DNA from: a virus
Reading direction: 5' to 3' (one strand)
Length of the DNA stretch: 64,000 nucleotides
Virus record (IMG/VR): IMGVR_UViG_3300036832_000548
Span: 18,592 to 82,591 of that record
The notes under the pieces are model-generated. The model was given only the letters and a program-made list of their open reading frames with translations, did not search any database and was not told the DNA's origin. Positions 18,368 to 29,073 of this stretch are shown piece by piece. The position numbers were made by a program, and so were the translations under genes. Position 1 is the stretch's first letter. Each line of letters starts with the position of its first letter.

Positions 18368-20151
18368 AATACGAGCCGCCGCTCACCAGCTCTGATCCGA
18401 ATGCGCCGTATATCAACGCGCAGGAGGGAAAGGGCATACATGGCTCGGTTCCAACGGCGGCGACCGTCGAAAATCCGCTGCGAGAGATTACGAGTCTGAT
18501 CACGAACTCGGAACAGACGCCTGACGATGGTGACTTGATGCAGGTCACTCGCGGTGTCCGCGACGGACGATTGAACTTTCGCGTGGATCAAGGAACACCC
18601 GATGCACTTGTTGTCGCGCAACTGTCGCCGCCTATTACAGATTATGAGGCTGGCCTTGAAGTTCGTGTATTGGTGGCCCACAGCGCAAGCGGAACTGTGC
18701 CGGTTACAATTCAGATTGGCAATCTTGCGACGGCGGGTGTCGTAAAATTAGACGGCACTGATTTGAAGGCCAACGATTTGTTGGCCGGACAGATTGCAGA
18801 TTTGGTTTATGATGGTGTTAATTTTCAGGTCCAGAACCTTGGCATTGCCGATCAAGCTGGTTCTGGCAACATTGATCGATATGAAATTACGATCCCCTAC
18901 GTGCATGACACTGGTACTATCAATCATTTGATTGGTTTGTACGTTCCAAGTTTGCCCAATATAAATGAAGGGAGAACCGTTGAAATCAAACTGGCAAACA
19001 ATACGACTGGGCCAGTTGATTTCAAGCCCAACAATTTCCCAGTCTATCCAGTGCGTCATCCTGACGGTACTGACCTGTCCGCAGGCGACGGCGTCATCAA
19101 CCAGATTTTGCTTCTCGTTTGGGACGGCGGGCAGTGGCAGTTAATCAGCAGCCGCGCGGACCCGACTGCACTTATTGTAAGAACGCCAAAGCGATCGCTG
19201 CAGTTTCAGGACCCTAGCGCTGGATGGTGGGGAACCTACACGTCCTTCCCATTTATGATGCGCACGCCCAAGGCCGCTGGCAACAGCAGCCTATGGACGT
19301 TTAGTACGTTCATTCGTTGGCCGGTTTTGATCCCACGGCCTAATGTGGTTCCAGGCCATCAAACCGATCTTAGAGAGTTCGTCATATCCGCTGCCGACGC
19401 TACCGGACCTGCTACTGGTGGAGCTGGCGATGTGACCTGCCTGGAGTTTGAAGGCGCCGACATCGACACCTGTCTATCGACCTTTTGGGACAATACTAAC
19501 GTCCCAAAAAGCGGTTACGGCGACTCCACTACGCCTGCAACGCATAACGGTGTTTTTGCGTGGGGCTTATTCAAAGACACAAACTGGCATCATCTAATGT
19601 GGCGGGGAGACTCGATCAGCGCTCATCAAACTGAAGTGTGGATCGATGGCATTCTGGTAAATGCTGGTTCTGTGACTACTCCAAGCACGATGAATGCAGC
19701 ACGGTTGCACGCTCTCGGCACCGAAACTGGCCCGGATAATCCCGCTAACACGACTCCCACTCCTGTTGCGTTCCAACCATCAGTCTATGGCTGTCGTGCT
19801 CGCATGGCCGAGGTTGTCATGGTTGATGGGCAGTGGCTCGATTGGAGCGTCTTCGCCTATAACATCGGCGGCATAATGGTCCCGAAAGTGCTTAACATAC
19901 CGGCGATGAATTTCGGAGTGAACGGCTATTATTTGAACTGGTCGAATGCCACTGCCATGACAGAAACAACTTTAGGCTCCGACTACAGCGGCAAAGGCAA
20001 TAATTGGACGCCGGTCAACTTCACGGCTGCGCATCTGCATTTGGACTATCCCGGTAATCCTGACTCTACCGAGACCTTCGGAACCTTTACCAATGGCGGC
20101 ACATGGCCAACCGGCCTACCGCCAGGATGGCGCACGATTTCAGGACCGTGA
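18364..20151 (+). CDS. Tail fibre 1 (LamG/concanavalin-like C-terminus)
   Basis: Follows gp48; WTFSTF, NWHHL, VWIDG, FGVNGYYLNW..LGSDYSGKGNNWT. Confidence 0.8.
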   Translation: MKYEPPLTSSDPNAPYINAQEGKGIHGSVPTAATVENPLREITSLITNSEQTPDDGDLMQVTRGVRDGRLNFRVDQGTPDALVVAQLSPPITDYEAGLEVRVLVAHSASGTVPVTIQIGNLATAGVVKLDGTDLKANDLLAGQIADLVYDGVNFQVQNLGIADQAGSGNIDRYEITIPYVHDTGTINHLIGLYVPSLPNINEGRTVEIKLANNTTGPVDFKPNNFPVYPVRHPDGTDLSAGDGVINQILLLVWDGGQWQLISSRADPTALIVRTPKRSLQFQDPSAGWWGTYTSFPFMMRTPKAAGNSSLWTFSTFIRWPVLIPRPNVVPGHQTDLREFVISAADATGPATGGAGDVTCLEFEGADIDTCLSTFWDNTNVPKSGYGDSTTPATHNGVFAWGLFKDTNWHHLMWRGDSISAHQTEVWIDGILVNAGSVTTPSTMNAARLHALGTETGPDNPANTTPTPVAFQPSVYGCRARMAEVVMVDGQWLDWSVFAYNIGGIMVPKVLNIPAMNFGVNGYYLNWSNATAMTETTLGSDYSGKGNNWTPVNFTAAHLHLDYPGNPDSTETFGTFTNGGTWPTGLPPGWRTISGP

Positions 20152-20154
20152 CCC

Positions 20155-20649
20155 ATGTCAATTCTCACACACGACAGACCGGACCCGAGGTACTACACGA
20201 ATATCGTGCAGTACGACAATGGGGACTGGGCAGCTGATCCACTTCCAGTTGACGATACGATCATATATCCGACCAGGGGCGGATACACCGGAGCAGGCAT
20301 TCCATTTCCAGGCTTGCGCACGACCACTGCAGGCAGCGTGAAAACTATGGCGCAACAGCTGATCTACAAATACGCGCCCAACGACTTACAACGAAATGCT
20401 CTCTACATCTTGGTAACTCAAACATCCGGTACTGCTTGGACGAACGCCAAGGCGATGATGGACTGGATAGCTGCGGTCAATGCTTTCAGAGATACAACAA
20501 TTGCGAACATCAAAACATTAAACTTCAACCAGATTGTTATGTATATCCCGCCTCTTGGAATGCCGCCCTGGCCTGTGCCACCGGCTGGCTTGACGCCAGT
20601 ATCGGGAGCACGGGTGGGCAGTGCTACTTATGCGCTTCGCTATTCTTAA
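20155..20649 (+). CDS. Tail fibre-associated protein 1
   Basis: Paralogue of 22574-23020; C-terminal PPWP motif. Confidence 0.65.
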   Translation: MSILTHDRPDPRYYTNIVQYDNGDWAADPLPVDDTIIYPTRGGYTGAGIPFPGLRTTTAGSVKTMAQQLIYKYAPNDLQRNALYILVTQTSGTAWTNAKAMMDWIAAVNAFRDTTIANIKTLNFNQIVMYIPPLGMPPWPVPPAGLTPVSGARVGSATYALRYS

Positions 20650-20661
20650 AGGAGAGATGAC

Positions 20662-22407
20662 GTGCAATATCAGCCTCCATATGGTCCACCTGGCCTAATT
20701 GATCCGAACGCCTCTTACATAAATGGCGATCCTACAATCGGGCGTCAGGGCTCCGTGCCGCCCGCTTCAGCGTTCGAATATCCACAGCGCGAGATCGTCA
20801 ACCTGATCAGCAATTCGAAACAGGTCCCGACTGATCAGGATCTGATGCAGATGACGCGCGCCGTGCGCGACGGCAAGCTGATATATAGTCTCGATAGTGG
20901 TCCGCTGGATACTGTGGAGATTCCCAATTTCAACCCGCCGATCATTTCCTACACTCAAGGGCTGACATTACATGTTCTTATCGCCCATACGGTCACCGGG
21001 CCTACGACTATAGCCATCGGTAATCTAAATCCCACGGCCATCAAGCGCAGAGACGGGGCCGAACTTAATGCTAACGATATGGTGGCCGGCCAGATTGCCA
21101 CTTTGGTTTCGGACGGTAGTTTCTTTCAACTCCAAAATATGGGCGCGGATGGTGGCGTTGGTGGCGCAACGACGCTGCACAACGTCGATCTGCCTTATGT
21201 CCACGACACGGGCGCGCTCGATCCGAATTGGCAAGATCCAAAACAAACCACAAAGAATCATGTGATCGGACTATACAGTCCGGTGTTGCCTGACATCAAG
21301 GAAGGCCGCACGGTTGAGGTTAAGCTCGATCAAGTAATCCAAGGGCCAACTGATTTTGCGCCGAACTCATTTCCGATTCATCCTGTGGCACATCCTGACG
21401 GCTCTCCAATCGTAGCGGGCGATGGCGTTCCTAATCAGATTTGGCTTTTGGTGTTTGATTCAGCCCAATGGCAGTTGCTCGATGTTTTCAATTCAGGCGC
21501 TCAACCCGGACCTGAGCCAGCACCGAAAGCGTATGACGGCAGATCGCTTCAATTGATGCCTCCCGGTAGTCCTAGCTACGGCGCTTGTAACACTCCCCAG
21601 TGTTTGGATCGCATGCCTTCGTTGAATACGAATCGGCAAGTGTTCACGATCAGTGCCTTCGTAAAGACTCCTGTAGCAACAAATCAAATCTATGGGGGCG
21701 CTCAGTCGGGCGGCGGTCAATCTTGGGCGTTCACAGCCGGTGACGTTGGAGGGGCGTGGTGGGGTTGTAGTATGAATTTCTTTGGCGTGAACCTTGAAGG
21801 CGACACAACCAACAACAACATATGGACTGTCTGGTGGAATAACTCTGGCGGTCAAGTCTCAGGCGTAGGATCGTATGAATCTTACACAGGTGTGACGAAT
21901 GGGTACTACACGTCAGGCATAATGACTGACAATAAATGGCATCACTTTCTCTGCACCTCTGATGGAGCATTTATCTATGTCTATATGGACGGCATTCTGA
22001 AAAACAAGGGTGCTGTTTCGGGCAACAGTCCTTGGAATAGCACGCTGAAACAGAACATTGGAACAGATTGGTCTTGTACTGGCATGCCAACCTTAGGTGG
22101 CGCTGCCGGTAATTTCGGGTACAGCACATTGCGTTATGCAGAAGTGATCAACATAGATGGCCAATCGATAGGAGATTATACAAAGTTTGCTCAGGCAGTT
22201 AATGGCATTCTCGTTCCGCTCGATCCGAGCGAGATCATGAAGATGAACTTTGGTCCCAACGGATTTTACTTGAACTGGCAGAACGCAACCGACGCCACGC
22301 CGACTGGCTTAGGCAAGGACGCCAGCCCGAACAACAATAATTGGACGCCAAGAAATATGGATTTGACGCATCTTCAAACCGACTTCCCCGGCAAGCAGCA
22401 ATCATAA
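20662..22407 (+). CDS. Tail fibre 2 (paralogue of fibre 1)
   Basis: Shared N-terminus (YxPP..DPNA.YIN..GSVP..DLMQ.TR.VRDG) and LamG motifs. Confidence 0.8.
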   Translation: MQYQPPYGPPGLIDPNASYINGDPTIGRQGSVPPASAFEYPQREIVNLISNSKQVPTDQDLMQMTRAVRDGKLIYSLDSGPLDTVEIPNFNPPIISYTQGLTLHVLIAHTVTGPTTIAIGNLNPTAIKRRDGAELNANDMVAGQIATLVSDGSFFQLQNMGADGGVGGATTLHNVDLPYVHDTGALDPNWQDPKQTTKNHVIGLYSPVLPDIKEGRTVEVKLDQVIQGPTDFAPNSFPIHPVAHPDGSPIVAGDGVPNQIWLLVFDSAQWQLLDVFNSGAQPGPEPAPKAYDGRSLQLMPPGSPSYGACNTPQCLDRMPSLNTNRQVFTISAFVKTPVATNQIYGGAQSGGGQSWAFTAGDVGGAWWGCSMNFFGVNLEGDTTNNNIWTVWWNNSGGQVSGVGSYESYTGVTNGYYTSGIMTDNKWHHFLCTSDGAFIYVYMDGILKNKGAVSGNSPWNSTLKQNIGTDWSCTGMPTLGGAAGNFGYSTLRYAEVINIDGQSIGDYTKFAQAVNGILVPLDPSEIMKMNFGPNGFYLNWQNATDATPTGLGKDASPNNNNWTPRNMDLTHLQTDFPGKQQS

Positions 22408-22602
22408 ATGTGTACGTTTTGCGAGGAAACGAGACGCAGGGCGATAAGGTTGACCGCCATCGTCGAAGCTTGGACCAGAAGCCGACTGGGTGTCAATTCG
22501 CAGATTGTGACTGAAATTGATCGCTATTACCGTGAACAGTACAGACTGGCGGACTCAAACGCGGAAGGTCAAAATGGCGATAATCACGACAACCAAGCCT
22601 GA
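22408..22602 (+). CDS. Small CxxC protein
   Basis: ATG immediately after the upstream stop. Confidence 0.4.
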   Translation: MCTFCEETRRRAIRLTAIVEAWTRSRLGVNSQIVTEIDRYYREQYRLADSNAEGQNGDNHDNQA

Positions 22603-23020
22603 TCCGAGGTATTATCAAAATATCACGCAACTGCCCGACCTCACTTGGTCCTCTGATCAGAAGCTTCTTCCTGACCAACAACGTATTGCGCCCGGATATA
22701 CGAGTGCCAACCCTCAGAACATCGCAACCATTCCTGGGCTAACGTCAGAAACAGCATCGAATGTCACTGAATACGCTGCATCACTGGTCAACAAATACGC
22801 GCCTGCGGATGTGCAAAGAAACGCTCTCTATACATTGTCCCACACACCCACTGATGCGAACTCCAAGGCGACGATGGATTGGGTTGCTTCAGTCAACTCC
22901 TATCGGGACACGCAAATCGCCAACGTCAAGACATTAGATTTCAATGGATGTGTAGCGTACATCGTGCCTACTGGAATGCCACCGTGGCCAACACCCCCGT
23001 CCTTCCTGACACCCTCATAA
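22574..23020 (+). CDS. Tail fibre-associated protein 2
   Basis: PDPRYY..KYAP.D.QRNALY..MDW..PPWP shared with 20155-20649. Confidence 0.65.
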   Translation: MAIITTTKPDPRYYQNITQLPDLTWSSDQKLLPDQQRIAPGYTSANPQNIATIPGLTSETASNVTEYAASLVNKYAPADVQRNALYTLSHTPTDANSKATMDWVASVNSYRDTQIANVKTLDFNGCVAYIVPTGMPPWPTPPSFLTPS

Positions 23021-23033
23021 AAAGACCGTCATC

Positions 23034-23507
23034 ATGGCCTCGCAGCTTCTTTATTTGCCCGTCTGCGTGCTCGTTGCTGAAGCGGCAAACAATGCTGATT
23101 GGCTCGATGGCCTTGAATATTGGGATGCACCGCCGCCAGCCGGCAATCCGATAATGCTGGACGGCATCTCGTTCACGCTCGAGATGCGATCTGCGCCGCC
23201 AGCCGCAACCGTTGTGCTGCAGGCAAGCACAGTCAATGGGTTTCTCAAGGTCTATGACAACACTTGGCAATTGTCTGTTCCGGCTGCGACTATGCAGCTC
23301 GTCCCGCCAGGAGATTACGTTTTCGATCTGCTCGGGATGGCTGACGGATACACGCGCAATCTCGTGCAAGCGACGGTCACCATCGATCTGGGAATCACAC
23401 GAAGCATTATTCCAACAGCGACGATATTGCCGAGTGCCCAACCGATTCCATTTCCGGCATCAACAATCACTCGCGTCGTCGGAATCAATCCAGAGGCAGT
23501 GATATGA
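23034..23507 (+). CDS. Virion structural/adaptor protein
   Basis: NADW.DG..FTLEMR..PGDYVFDL pattern; operon position. Confidence 0.6.
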   Translation: MASQLLYLPVCVLVAEAANNADWLDGLEYWDAPPPAGNPIMLDGISFTLEMRSAPPAATVVLQASTVNGFLKVYDNTWQLSVPAATMQLVPPGDYVFDLLGMADGYTRNLVQATVTIDLGITRSIIPTATILPSAQPIPFPASTITRVVGINPEAVI

Positions 23508-24904
23508 CGATCCAATCAGTCACAGTCGTAAACGGCAGCGCCGGCAACATCGGCCCTCCTGGCCCTCCTGGTCCGAGTTATAACGGAAGCAGCACTTCAC
23601 CCTTCGTCATTGGCGTTGGTCCAAAAACTTTCATCACGCAACCCAATCTCGCATACCTGCCGGGGAGCAGAGTGCGTTTCTCATCGGCGGCGTTGCCAAT
23701 CGATGATTGGATGGAAGGTGTCGTCAATTCTTATTCTGCTGGCGTCATGCTGGTCACGATTGATCTAATTAGTCAGACACGGGACTCGAACAGTCATAGT
23801 GACTGGAATTTGACCGCTGCAGGACATCCCGGCGCACAAGGCAATCCCGGCGCGCAAGGTGTGGCTGGTCGTCCGGGTAATGTCATCTGGCAAGGAGTAG
23901 CCGCGCCGACAGGGAGTGCTCCGGCATCGCCCGTCGATGGTGACTATTATCTTCAAAACAATCCGGCTGTGCCGGGATCAGCGGCATATCTGTGGGGGCC
24001 ATATAATCATGCCGCCACGCCGTCGTGGGGCGCGTCTGGTTTGTTGCTTGCGGTTGGACCGCCCGGACCCATGGGACCTACAGGGGCGACTGGGGCGACC
24101 GGGGCGACTGGGCCTCAGGGATCTATCGGACCAGCGGGGCCTCAAGGTGTGCCGGGGCCATCCGGGAACCAAGGACTTCAAGGAAATCCTGGAGCAGGAT
24201 ATGGTGGCTTCTCCACAACATCAGCAACAGTCGGAATAGGAACATTCACGTTCATTTTGACTACGGCTGGATATGCTTATGTTGTTGGATCACGCATCCG
24301 CGCGACTTCGCAATCAAGCAATGAATGGATGGAAGGCGTTGTCACCAACTACACCGGTACGACCCTGGCGTTTACTGCCGATCTTGTTTCTGGTTCCGGG
24401 ACACACGCTGACTGGAATATCAGTATCGCTGGCCAACAGGGTCAGCAAGGCATCCCAGGACCTGCGGGAGCTGGCAGTGGCGACATGCTCCGCAGCAATA
24501 ATCTCTCAGATGTTTTGAGCGTTTCGACTGCGCGCAACAATCTCGGCCTCGCTGCCGTCGCTAACAGCGGTTCGTATGCGGATCTATCCGGCAAGCCACT
24601 GCCGCCAACGCAGCGCAGCGTCACGGCCTCACCAATCTCGCTCGTGGCAAATGATGAGATTATCAACTGCAACATCACGAGCGGTACGGCTTCATGCAAC
24701 TTGCCATCTGCCGCCACGCGCGCGGGCAGAGCACTCGTCTTCAAGGACGTTGGCGGGCAATTCTCCAACCATCCGCTGACGCTTACTTGCGCTGGCTCAG
24801 AAAGAATGGACGGGCTCGGCGGCATTACGCTCAACACCAACTATCAGTTCCTGCGGCTCGTACCCGCCAATGATGGGGTGAACACAGGATGGTCACTGCA
24901 ATAA
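23504..24904 (+). CDS. Collagen-repeat fibre protein
   Basis: GXY repeats; duplicated WMEGVV..DWN module; NNLSDV..ARNNLGL. Confidence 0.8.
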   Translation: MTIQSVTVVNGSAGNIGPPGPPGPSYNGSSTSPFVIGVGPKTFITQPNLAYLPGSRVRFSSAALPIDDWMEGVVNSYSAGVMLVTIDLISQTRDSNSHSDWNLTAAGHPGAQGNPGAQGVAGRPGNVIWQGVAAPTGSAPASPVDGDYYLQNNPAVPGSAAYLWGPYNHAATPSWGASGLLLAVGPPGPMGPTGATGATGATGPQGSIGPAGPQGVPGPSGNQGLQGNPGAGYGGFSTTSATVGIGTFTFILTTAGYAYVVGSRIRATSQSSNEWMEGVVTNYTGTTLAFTADLVSGSGTHADWNISIAGQQGQQGIPGPAGAGSGDMLRSNNLSDVLSVSTARNNLGLAAVANSGSYADLSGKPLPPTQRSVTASPISLVANDEIINCNITSGTASCNLPSAATRAGRALVFKDVGGQFSNHPLTLTCAGSERMDGLGGITLNTNYQFLRLVPANDGVNTGWSLQ

Positions 24905-25692
24905 GACTGCTCATCATCTTCGCAGCTCTGCTGCTTGGCCTCGATAGGGCGCAGGCGCAGTGCTCAGGCCAACCTAGCGCCAATCAATTCTGTGCTGGCC
25001 CGAGCTCAGGCGGCTCCGGTTTGCCAGGCTGGCGTGCGATGGTTGGCGCGGATCTGCCGACACCGATCAGCGCGCCGATCCAAGTGAACACGACAGTGAT
25101 CACCGGCGGCACGTCGGGCCGCACTCCGTACAACAATGCGGGGGTATATGGCGAATTCGTCATGGGCGGCGATTGTAGCCTCGCTGTGCCTAGCATTACT
25201 TGCACCAAGACGGGCGGCGCGGCATTCGTCGCATCAGCAACGACTGACGCGACCAACGCCAGCAACATCGGCACCGGCACGCTCGCCACGGCGCGGCTCA
25301 ACACGGCGGCAGCTGCGGATTTCGAGGCTGGCACTGCCGGTAAGGTTCTAGTCGCAGATCAGGTGTTTACTACCGAAGCAACGGTCGTGGCAGCGGCGAC
25401 CACAACTCTCAACTTTAGCAACTTCATCAACGTCCAAGTCACGATGGGTGCGTCGATCACGACGCTGAATTTTTCAAACGTCAAAGCCGGTCAGGCTGGA
25501 CTGATACGATTCGTGCAAGGAGCATCGGGCGGCCCATACACAATCCCGGCGACGATAAATTCAACATTAAAATGCGCGGGAGCGTGTAACTATACGCTAT
25601 CAACGGCAGCGAGCGCAGTCGATATCATTGGCTACACTTGTCTCTCGGCCACGTATTGTGTTGGTGGCGCATTGCTTAAGGACGTGAAATGA
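24889..25692 (+). CDS. Fibre-like protein with N-terminal signal peptide
   Basis: Hydrophobic N-terminus ending AQA; C-terminal GLIRFVQ..LSTAASAVDII fibre-type domain. Confidence 0.6.
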   Translation: MVTAIRLLIIFAALLLGLDRAQAQCSGQPSANQFCAGPSSGGSGLPGWRAMVGADLPTPISAPIQVNTTVITGGTSGRTPYNNAGVYGEFVMGGDCSLAVPSITCTKTGGAAFVASATTDATNASNIGTGTLATARLNTAAAADFEAGTAGKVLVADQVFTTEATVVAAATTTLNFSNFINVQVTMGASITTLNFSNVKAGQAGLIRFVQGASGGPYTIPATINSTLKCAGACNYTLSTAASAVDIIGYTCLSATYCVGGALLKDVK

Positions 25693-28652
25693 AAATGCGC
25701 TGGCGTTGGCTGCAAAATGTAGTGAGCGTCGCGGCGCTCTGCGGATTGTTTTCGCAGGGCGCGTTCGCGCAACTACCGGGGACGTTTCAGCCGCTCACTG
25801 CGGTGGCCGCTGGTGGTGGTGTCCAAGATTGTATTGGTGGGACTATCACCTATAACGCCGGACAAACGATACACACGTTCACGAATGCTGGAAGCAATGA
25901 TTTCGCATGTGCGTCCGCGCGAACCGTAAACTATTTGGTCGTTGCGGGCGGCGGTGCCAGTGGCGGTGCACAAAATGCAGGCGGTGGCGGTGCTGGAGGG
26001 ATGCTGACTGGCACTGGCACAATTCCTATTGGAACAAGTCAGGTCGTGGTTGGGGCAGGCGGCATCGCTGCCGTAGGGTTAACGAAAGGATCGAGCGGCG
26101 GCAATTCGCTGATACTAACACCGGGCGGTGCTGGATCGTGGTTTGGCATAATGCCAAGTCTATCACTTTCTAGCTTCGGGTCAGGGAGTGCCGGGTTCGA
26201 ATATCGCAGCCGCATCAATACGGCGGCATATGTAGGGGCACCTGTGCTAGGATCGCAACTGCGGATAACAATCGGTCAAGGTGCTAGTAGCCGCGCACTA
26301 TTCAATGCGATGTATTGCGGTCATGCGGCAGCGGCAAGCCCCAACTTAAATTACGATGGCAATCAGGTTCAGATCAAATGGGCAGGTGCCGCAAGCCCAT
26401 CTGGCGGCGTCCCAACCGGCTCGATTGTTTCCGATCCAGTCACCTTCGCGTTTTCCGGCAGCAAGGATTTAATCTGTGCAACAAATTGGAATGACAATTC
26501 TATTACTGGAAATGAAACGGCTGGCACTAATATCGTTGGTACTAATTGCTCAGGTGCGAATGCTGGCAACACGACATCGCCCTGCGCAACTGGTACTGCT
26601 CAGTACTGGCTGGTTCCGATTTTGCAGATCGAGGCCTTCGCCGCTGGCACGATTCTCGCGCAATCCACGGGTGGTGGAGGCGGCGGCGTCAACTCAGGAG
26701 GCTTGCAAGTTGGTCTCAACGGTGGGTCAGGTGGTGGTGGTAGTGGTGCCGCAACGGCGGCAGGGACTGGGATAGCTGGACAGGGTCACAACGGTGCATT
26801 TGCTGGCAGTGGTGTTAATTCTGGCAGCGGTGGTGGCGGGGCTGGTGCCGTTGGTGTTGTGGCTGTCGATCCTAACGGCGGCAACGGCGGCGCTGGTCTC
26901 TCGTCATCAATAACTGGCACATCGGTTTGCTACGCGGGCGGCGGTGCCGGCGGGCCGTGGACCGGTGTTGCGGGAACGGCCACTTGCGGCGGCGGCAACG
27001 GCGGAAGCTATTCGCCCTCGACCGCTTGCACGGTAGGAACACCAAACACTGGCGGCGGGGGCGGCGGCGGTAATGGCACCGGCGGCTCGTGCACTGGTGG
27101 AAGCGGCATCGTTGTCATCAGCTATCCGTCGTCTGGCGTGCCGTACGTGAATTGCATAGGCGGCACGATCACGACTTCCGGCGCGAACACTGTCCATACG
27201 TTCGCAACAGCCGGCACCTTCAGTATTAGCTGCGGAACGGGCAAGACAATTAACTATTTGATTGTTGCTGGCGGCGGTGCTGGTGGTGCTAATTCTGGCA
27301 GTGCAAGTGCTTCACCTGGCGCTGGTGGAGCAGGCGGATTTTTAACTGCTTCAGGCACATTCCTACCGGCTGGGGCGTCGTCTGTTGTTGTTGGAGCTGG
27401 GTCACCTGCGCCTACAGCTTATAATGTTGCGCCTTGCAATACGACTGGCACAGCAGGTAATTCATCAATTGGACCTATCGCAACCGCCATCGGCGGGGGC
27501 AACCCCGGTTGTAATCAATTTGCTGGTTCCAATGGTGGCTCGGGCGGCGGCAGTTCCTATGGTTACACCGTCGGGCTAGGTACTAGCGGACAAGGCAACA
27601 ATGGCGGAAAAGGCTTTGTGGCAGCACCTGGGGGCGGCGGCGGTGGTGGTGGTTGCGGCGCTATAGGCGTGGATGCTCTCACTGGCACTGTTGCCGGCAA
27701 TGGTGGGACTGGTTGCACCAGTTCGATCACTGGAACATCGGTTTGCTATTCCGGTGGCGGCGGCGGCGGCATTACGGGAGTTGGAACGCCGGGAACTGCA
27801 ACGTGCGGCGGCGGCAATGCCGGGGCCTCGGGTGGCGTCAACGTCGGAACTGCTGGGGTTAATGGAACTGGAGGCGGTGGCGGTGCCAGCAGTACAAATG
27901 CTGCAGCTCTTGGCGGATCAAAAGGTGGGGATGGAATTGTTGTCATCTCGTATGTCACAGGCTCCACGACGCCGCCACCACCTGTTCCTAATCTGACGCT
28001 TTTCGCTAATCCGGGGAAGAGTACTCAAACCACCACAGTCATTACAGCAACCACGACTGCGCCGATAGTTGCTGGCAACTTGGCCATCGTCGCATTTGGG
28101 AATGCGAGCAACAACGGCGCCGCAACAGTGTCAGTGTCGGATGGCACCAACAGTTACACAAAAGCAAAGAACCAAGGCACAGCGACGACAAATTATGCCG
28201 AGGTCTGGTACAAAGCCAATGCCGCTGCCGTGCCGAGTGGATCAACGATTTCTGTCACATACGCCAGTGCTCCCGGTGGAGCACCCTATGAGCGCCAAGT
28301 CATCATCGGTGCGCAGTCGCTAAATGTCATTACGACTTCGCCGCTGGATCAGACGGCGGGTGCGAACGGGACTGGCAGCACAGTGTCAGTGTCTATACCG
28401 GCACTCGCGCAGGCATCCGAGGTGATTGTTTGTATGTGGTGGGTAAATCAACCGGGCAGTCCTAGTTCATTGACTGCCTCTGGACCTGGCTTTACCAATG
28501 TAGCGACCGGATTTGATGCCACCAACTATCCAGATGGCTGGTCGCTCGACCAGAAGGTCACACAGAGCACTGCTGCGGTGACCTACAATCCAACTTGGAG
28601 CTCTGGTAACTCGGGCGCGCCGGCAGCGTGCGCCACGTTCAAGGGCATCTGA
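25689..28652 (+). CDS. Large glycine-rich domain protein with signal peptide
   Basis: Two copies of IHTF..YLVVAGGG..GGSGIVVISY; N-terminal AFA cleavage-like site. Confidence 0.75.
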   Translation: MKMRWRWLQNVVSVAALCGLFSQGAFAQLPGTFQPLTAVAAGGGVQDCIGGTITYNAGQTIHTFTNAGSNDFACASARTVNYLVVAGGGASGGAQNAGGGGAGGMLTGTGTIPIGTSQVVVGAGGIAAVGLTKGSSGGNSLILTPGGAGSWFGIMPSLSLSSFGSGSAGFEYRSRINTAAYVGAPVLGSQLRITIGQGASSRALFNAMYCGHAAAASPNLNYDGNQVQIKWAGAASPSGGVPTGSIVSDPVTFAFSGSKDLICATNWNDNSITGNETAGTNIVGTNCSGANAGNTTSPCATGTAQYWLVPILQIEAFAAGTILAQSTGGGGGGVNSGGLQVGLNGGSGGGGSGAATAAGTGIAGQGHNGAFAGSGVNSGSGGGGAGAVGVVAVDPNGGNGGAGLSSSITGTSVCYAGGGAGGPWTGVAGTATCGGGNGGSYSPSTACTVGTPNTGGGGGGGNGTGGSCTGGSGIVVISYPSSGVPYVNCIGGTITTSGANTVHTFATAGTFSISCGTGKTINYLIVAGGGAGGANSGSASASPGAGGAGGFLTASGTFLPAGASSVVVGAGSPAPTAYNVAPCNTTGTAGNSSIGPIATAIGGGNPGCNQFAGSNGGSGGGSSYGYTVGLGTSGQGNNGGKGFVAAPGGGGGGGGCGAIGVDALTGTVAGNGGTGCTSSITGTSVCYSGGGGGGITGVGTPGTATCGGGNAGASGGVNVGTAGVNGTGGGGGASSTNAAALGGSKGGDGIVVISYVTGSTTPPPPVPNLTLFANPGKSTQTTTVITATTTAPIVAGNLAIVAFGNASNNGAATVSVSDGTNSYTKAKNQGTATTNYAEVWYKANAAAVPSGSTISVTYASAPGGAPYERQVIIGAQSLNVITTSPLDQTAGANGTGSTVSVSIPALAQASEVIVCMWWVNQPGSPSSLTASGPGFTNVATGFDATNYPDGWSLDQKVTQSTAAVTYNPTWSSGNSGAPAACATFKGI

Positions 28653-28667
28653 GAATTCCATTGATGG

Positions 28668-29036
28668 ATGACGATGAGCACTTCCTTCCGCGAGGACTGG
28701 AAGGTCGGCAGCGCATTGCTCGCCGCGTTGTTGGCGCTTGGCATCATTGGCGCGGTCATCGTTTATTTAATGACTCCTGCGCCAGCACAACAAGTGTCAC
28801 CGCCGTCAGCAGATTTGTATGCCGACATTCCGTTCGATCCAAAGCTGTTGCAAATCGACAAGACGGCGCTGACTGAGGCATACCACGATCAGCTCAAGCA
28901 TCTATTTGACATCTGGCTCCGGGGACAGGCGCAGAGCACCAAGGAAATCACCACGGGGCTAAAGATCGCGCGGCGCGCATACGGCATTGCCGCTGGGCAG
29001 ATTGCCAAGCGCGAAGCAGAGGCCGGACTGAAATGA
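28668..29036 (+). CDS. Membrane-anchored hypothetical protein
   Basis: N-terminal TM segment. Confidence 0.6.
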   Translation: MTMSTSFREDWKVGSALLAALLALGIIGAVIVYLMTPAPAQQVSPPSADLYADIPFDPKLLQIDKTALTEAYHDQLKHLFDIWLRGQAQSTKEITTGLKIARRAYGIAAGQIAKREAEAGLK

Positions 29037-29051
29037 GCATCGAGGGCGCAT
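29033..29051 (+). repeat. 19-bp direct repeat, copy 1 (ATGAGCATCGAGGGCGCAT)
   Basis: Identical to 33516-33534. Confidence 0.85.
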
Positions 29052-29073
29052 ATGCCAAGGCAGAAGGAGAACG

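Noticed and set aside
18364-28652. Diversity-generating retroelement or invertible fibre switch
   Set aside because: No reverse transcriptase, invertase, TR/VR pair or inverted crossover sites seen
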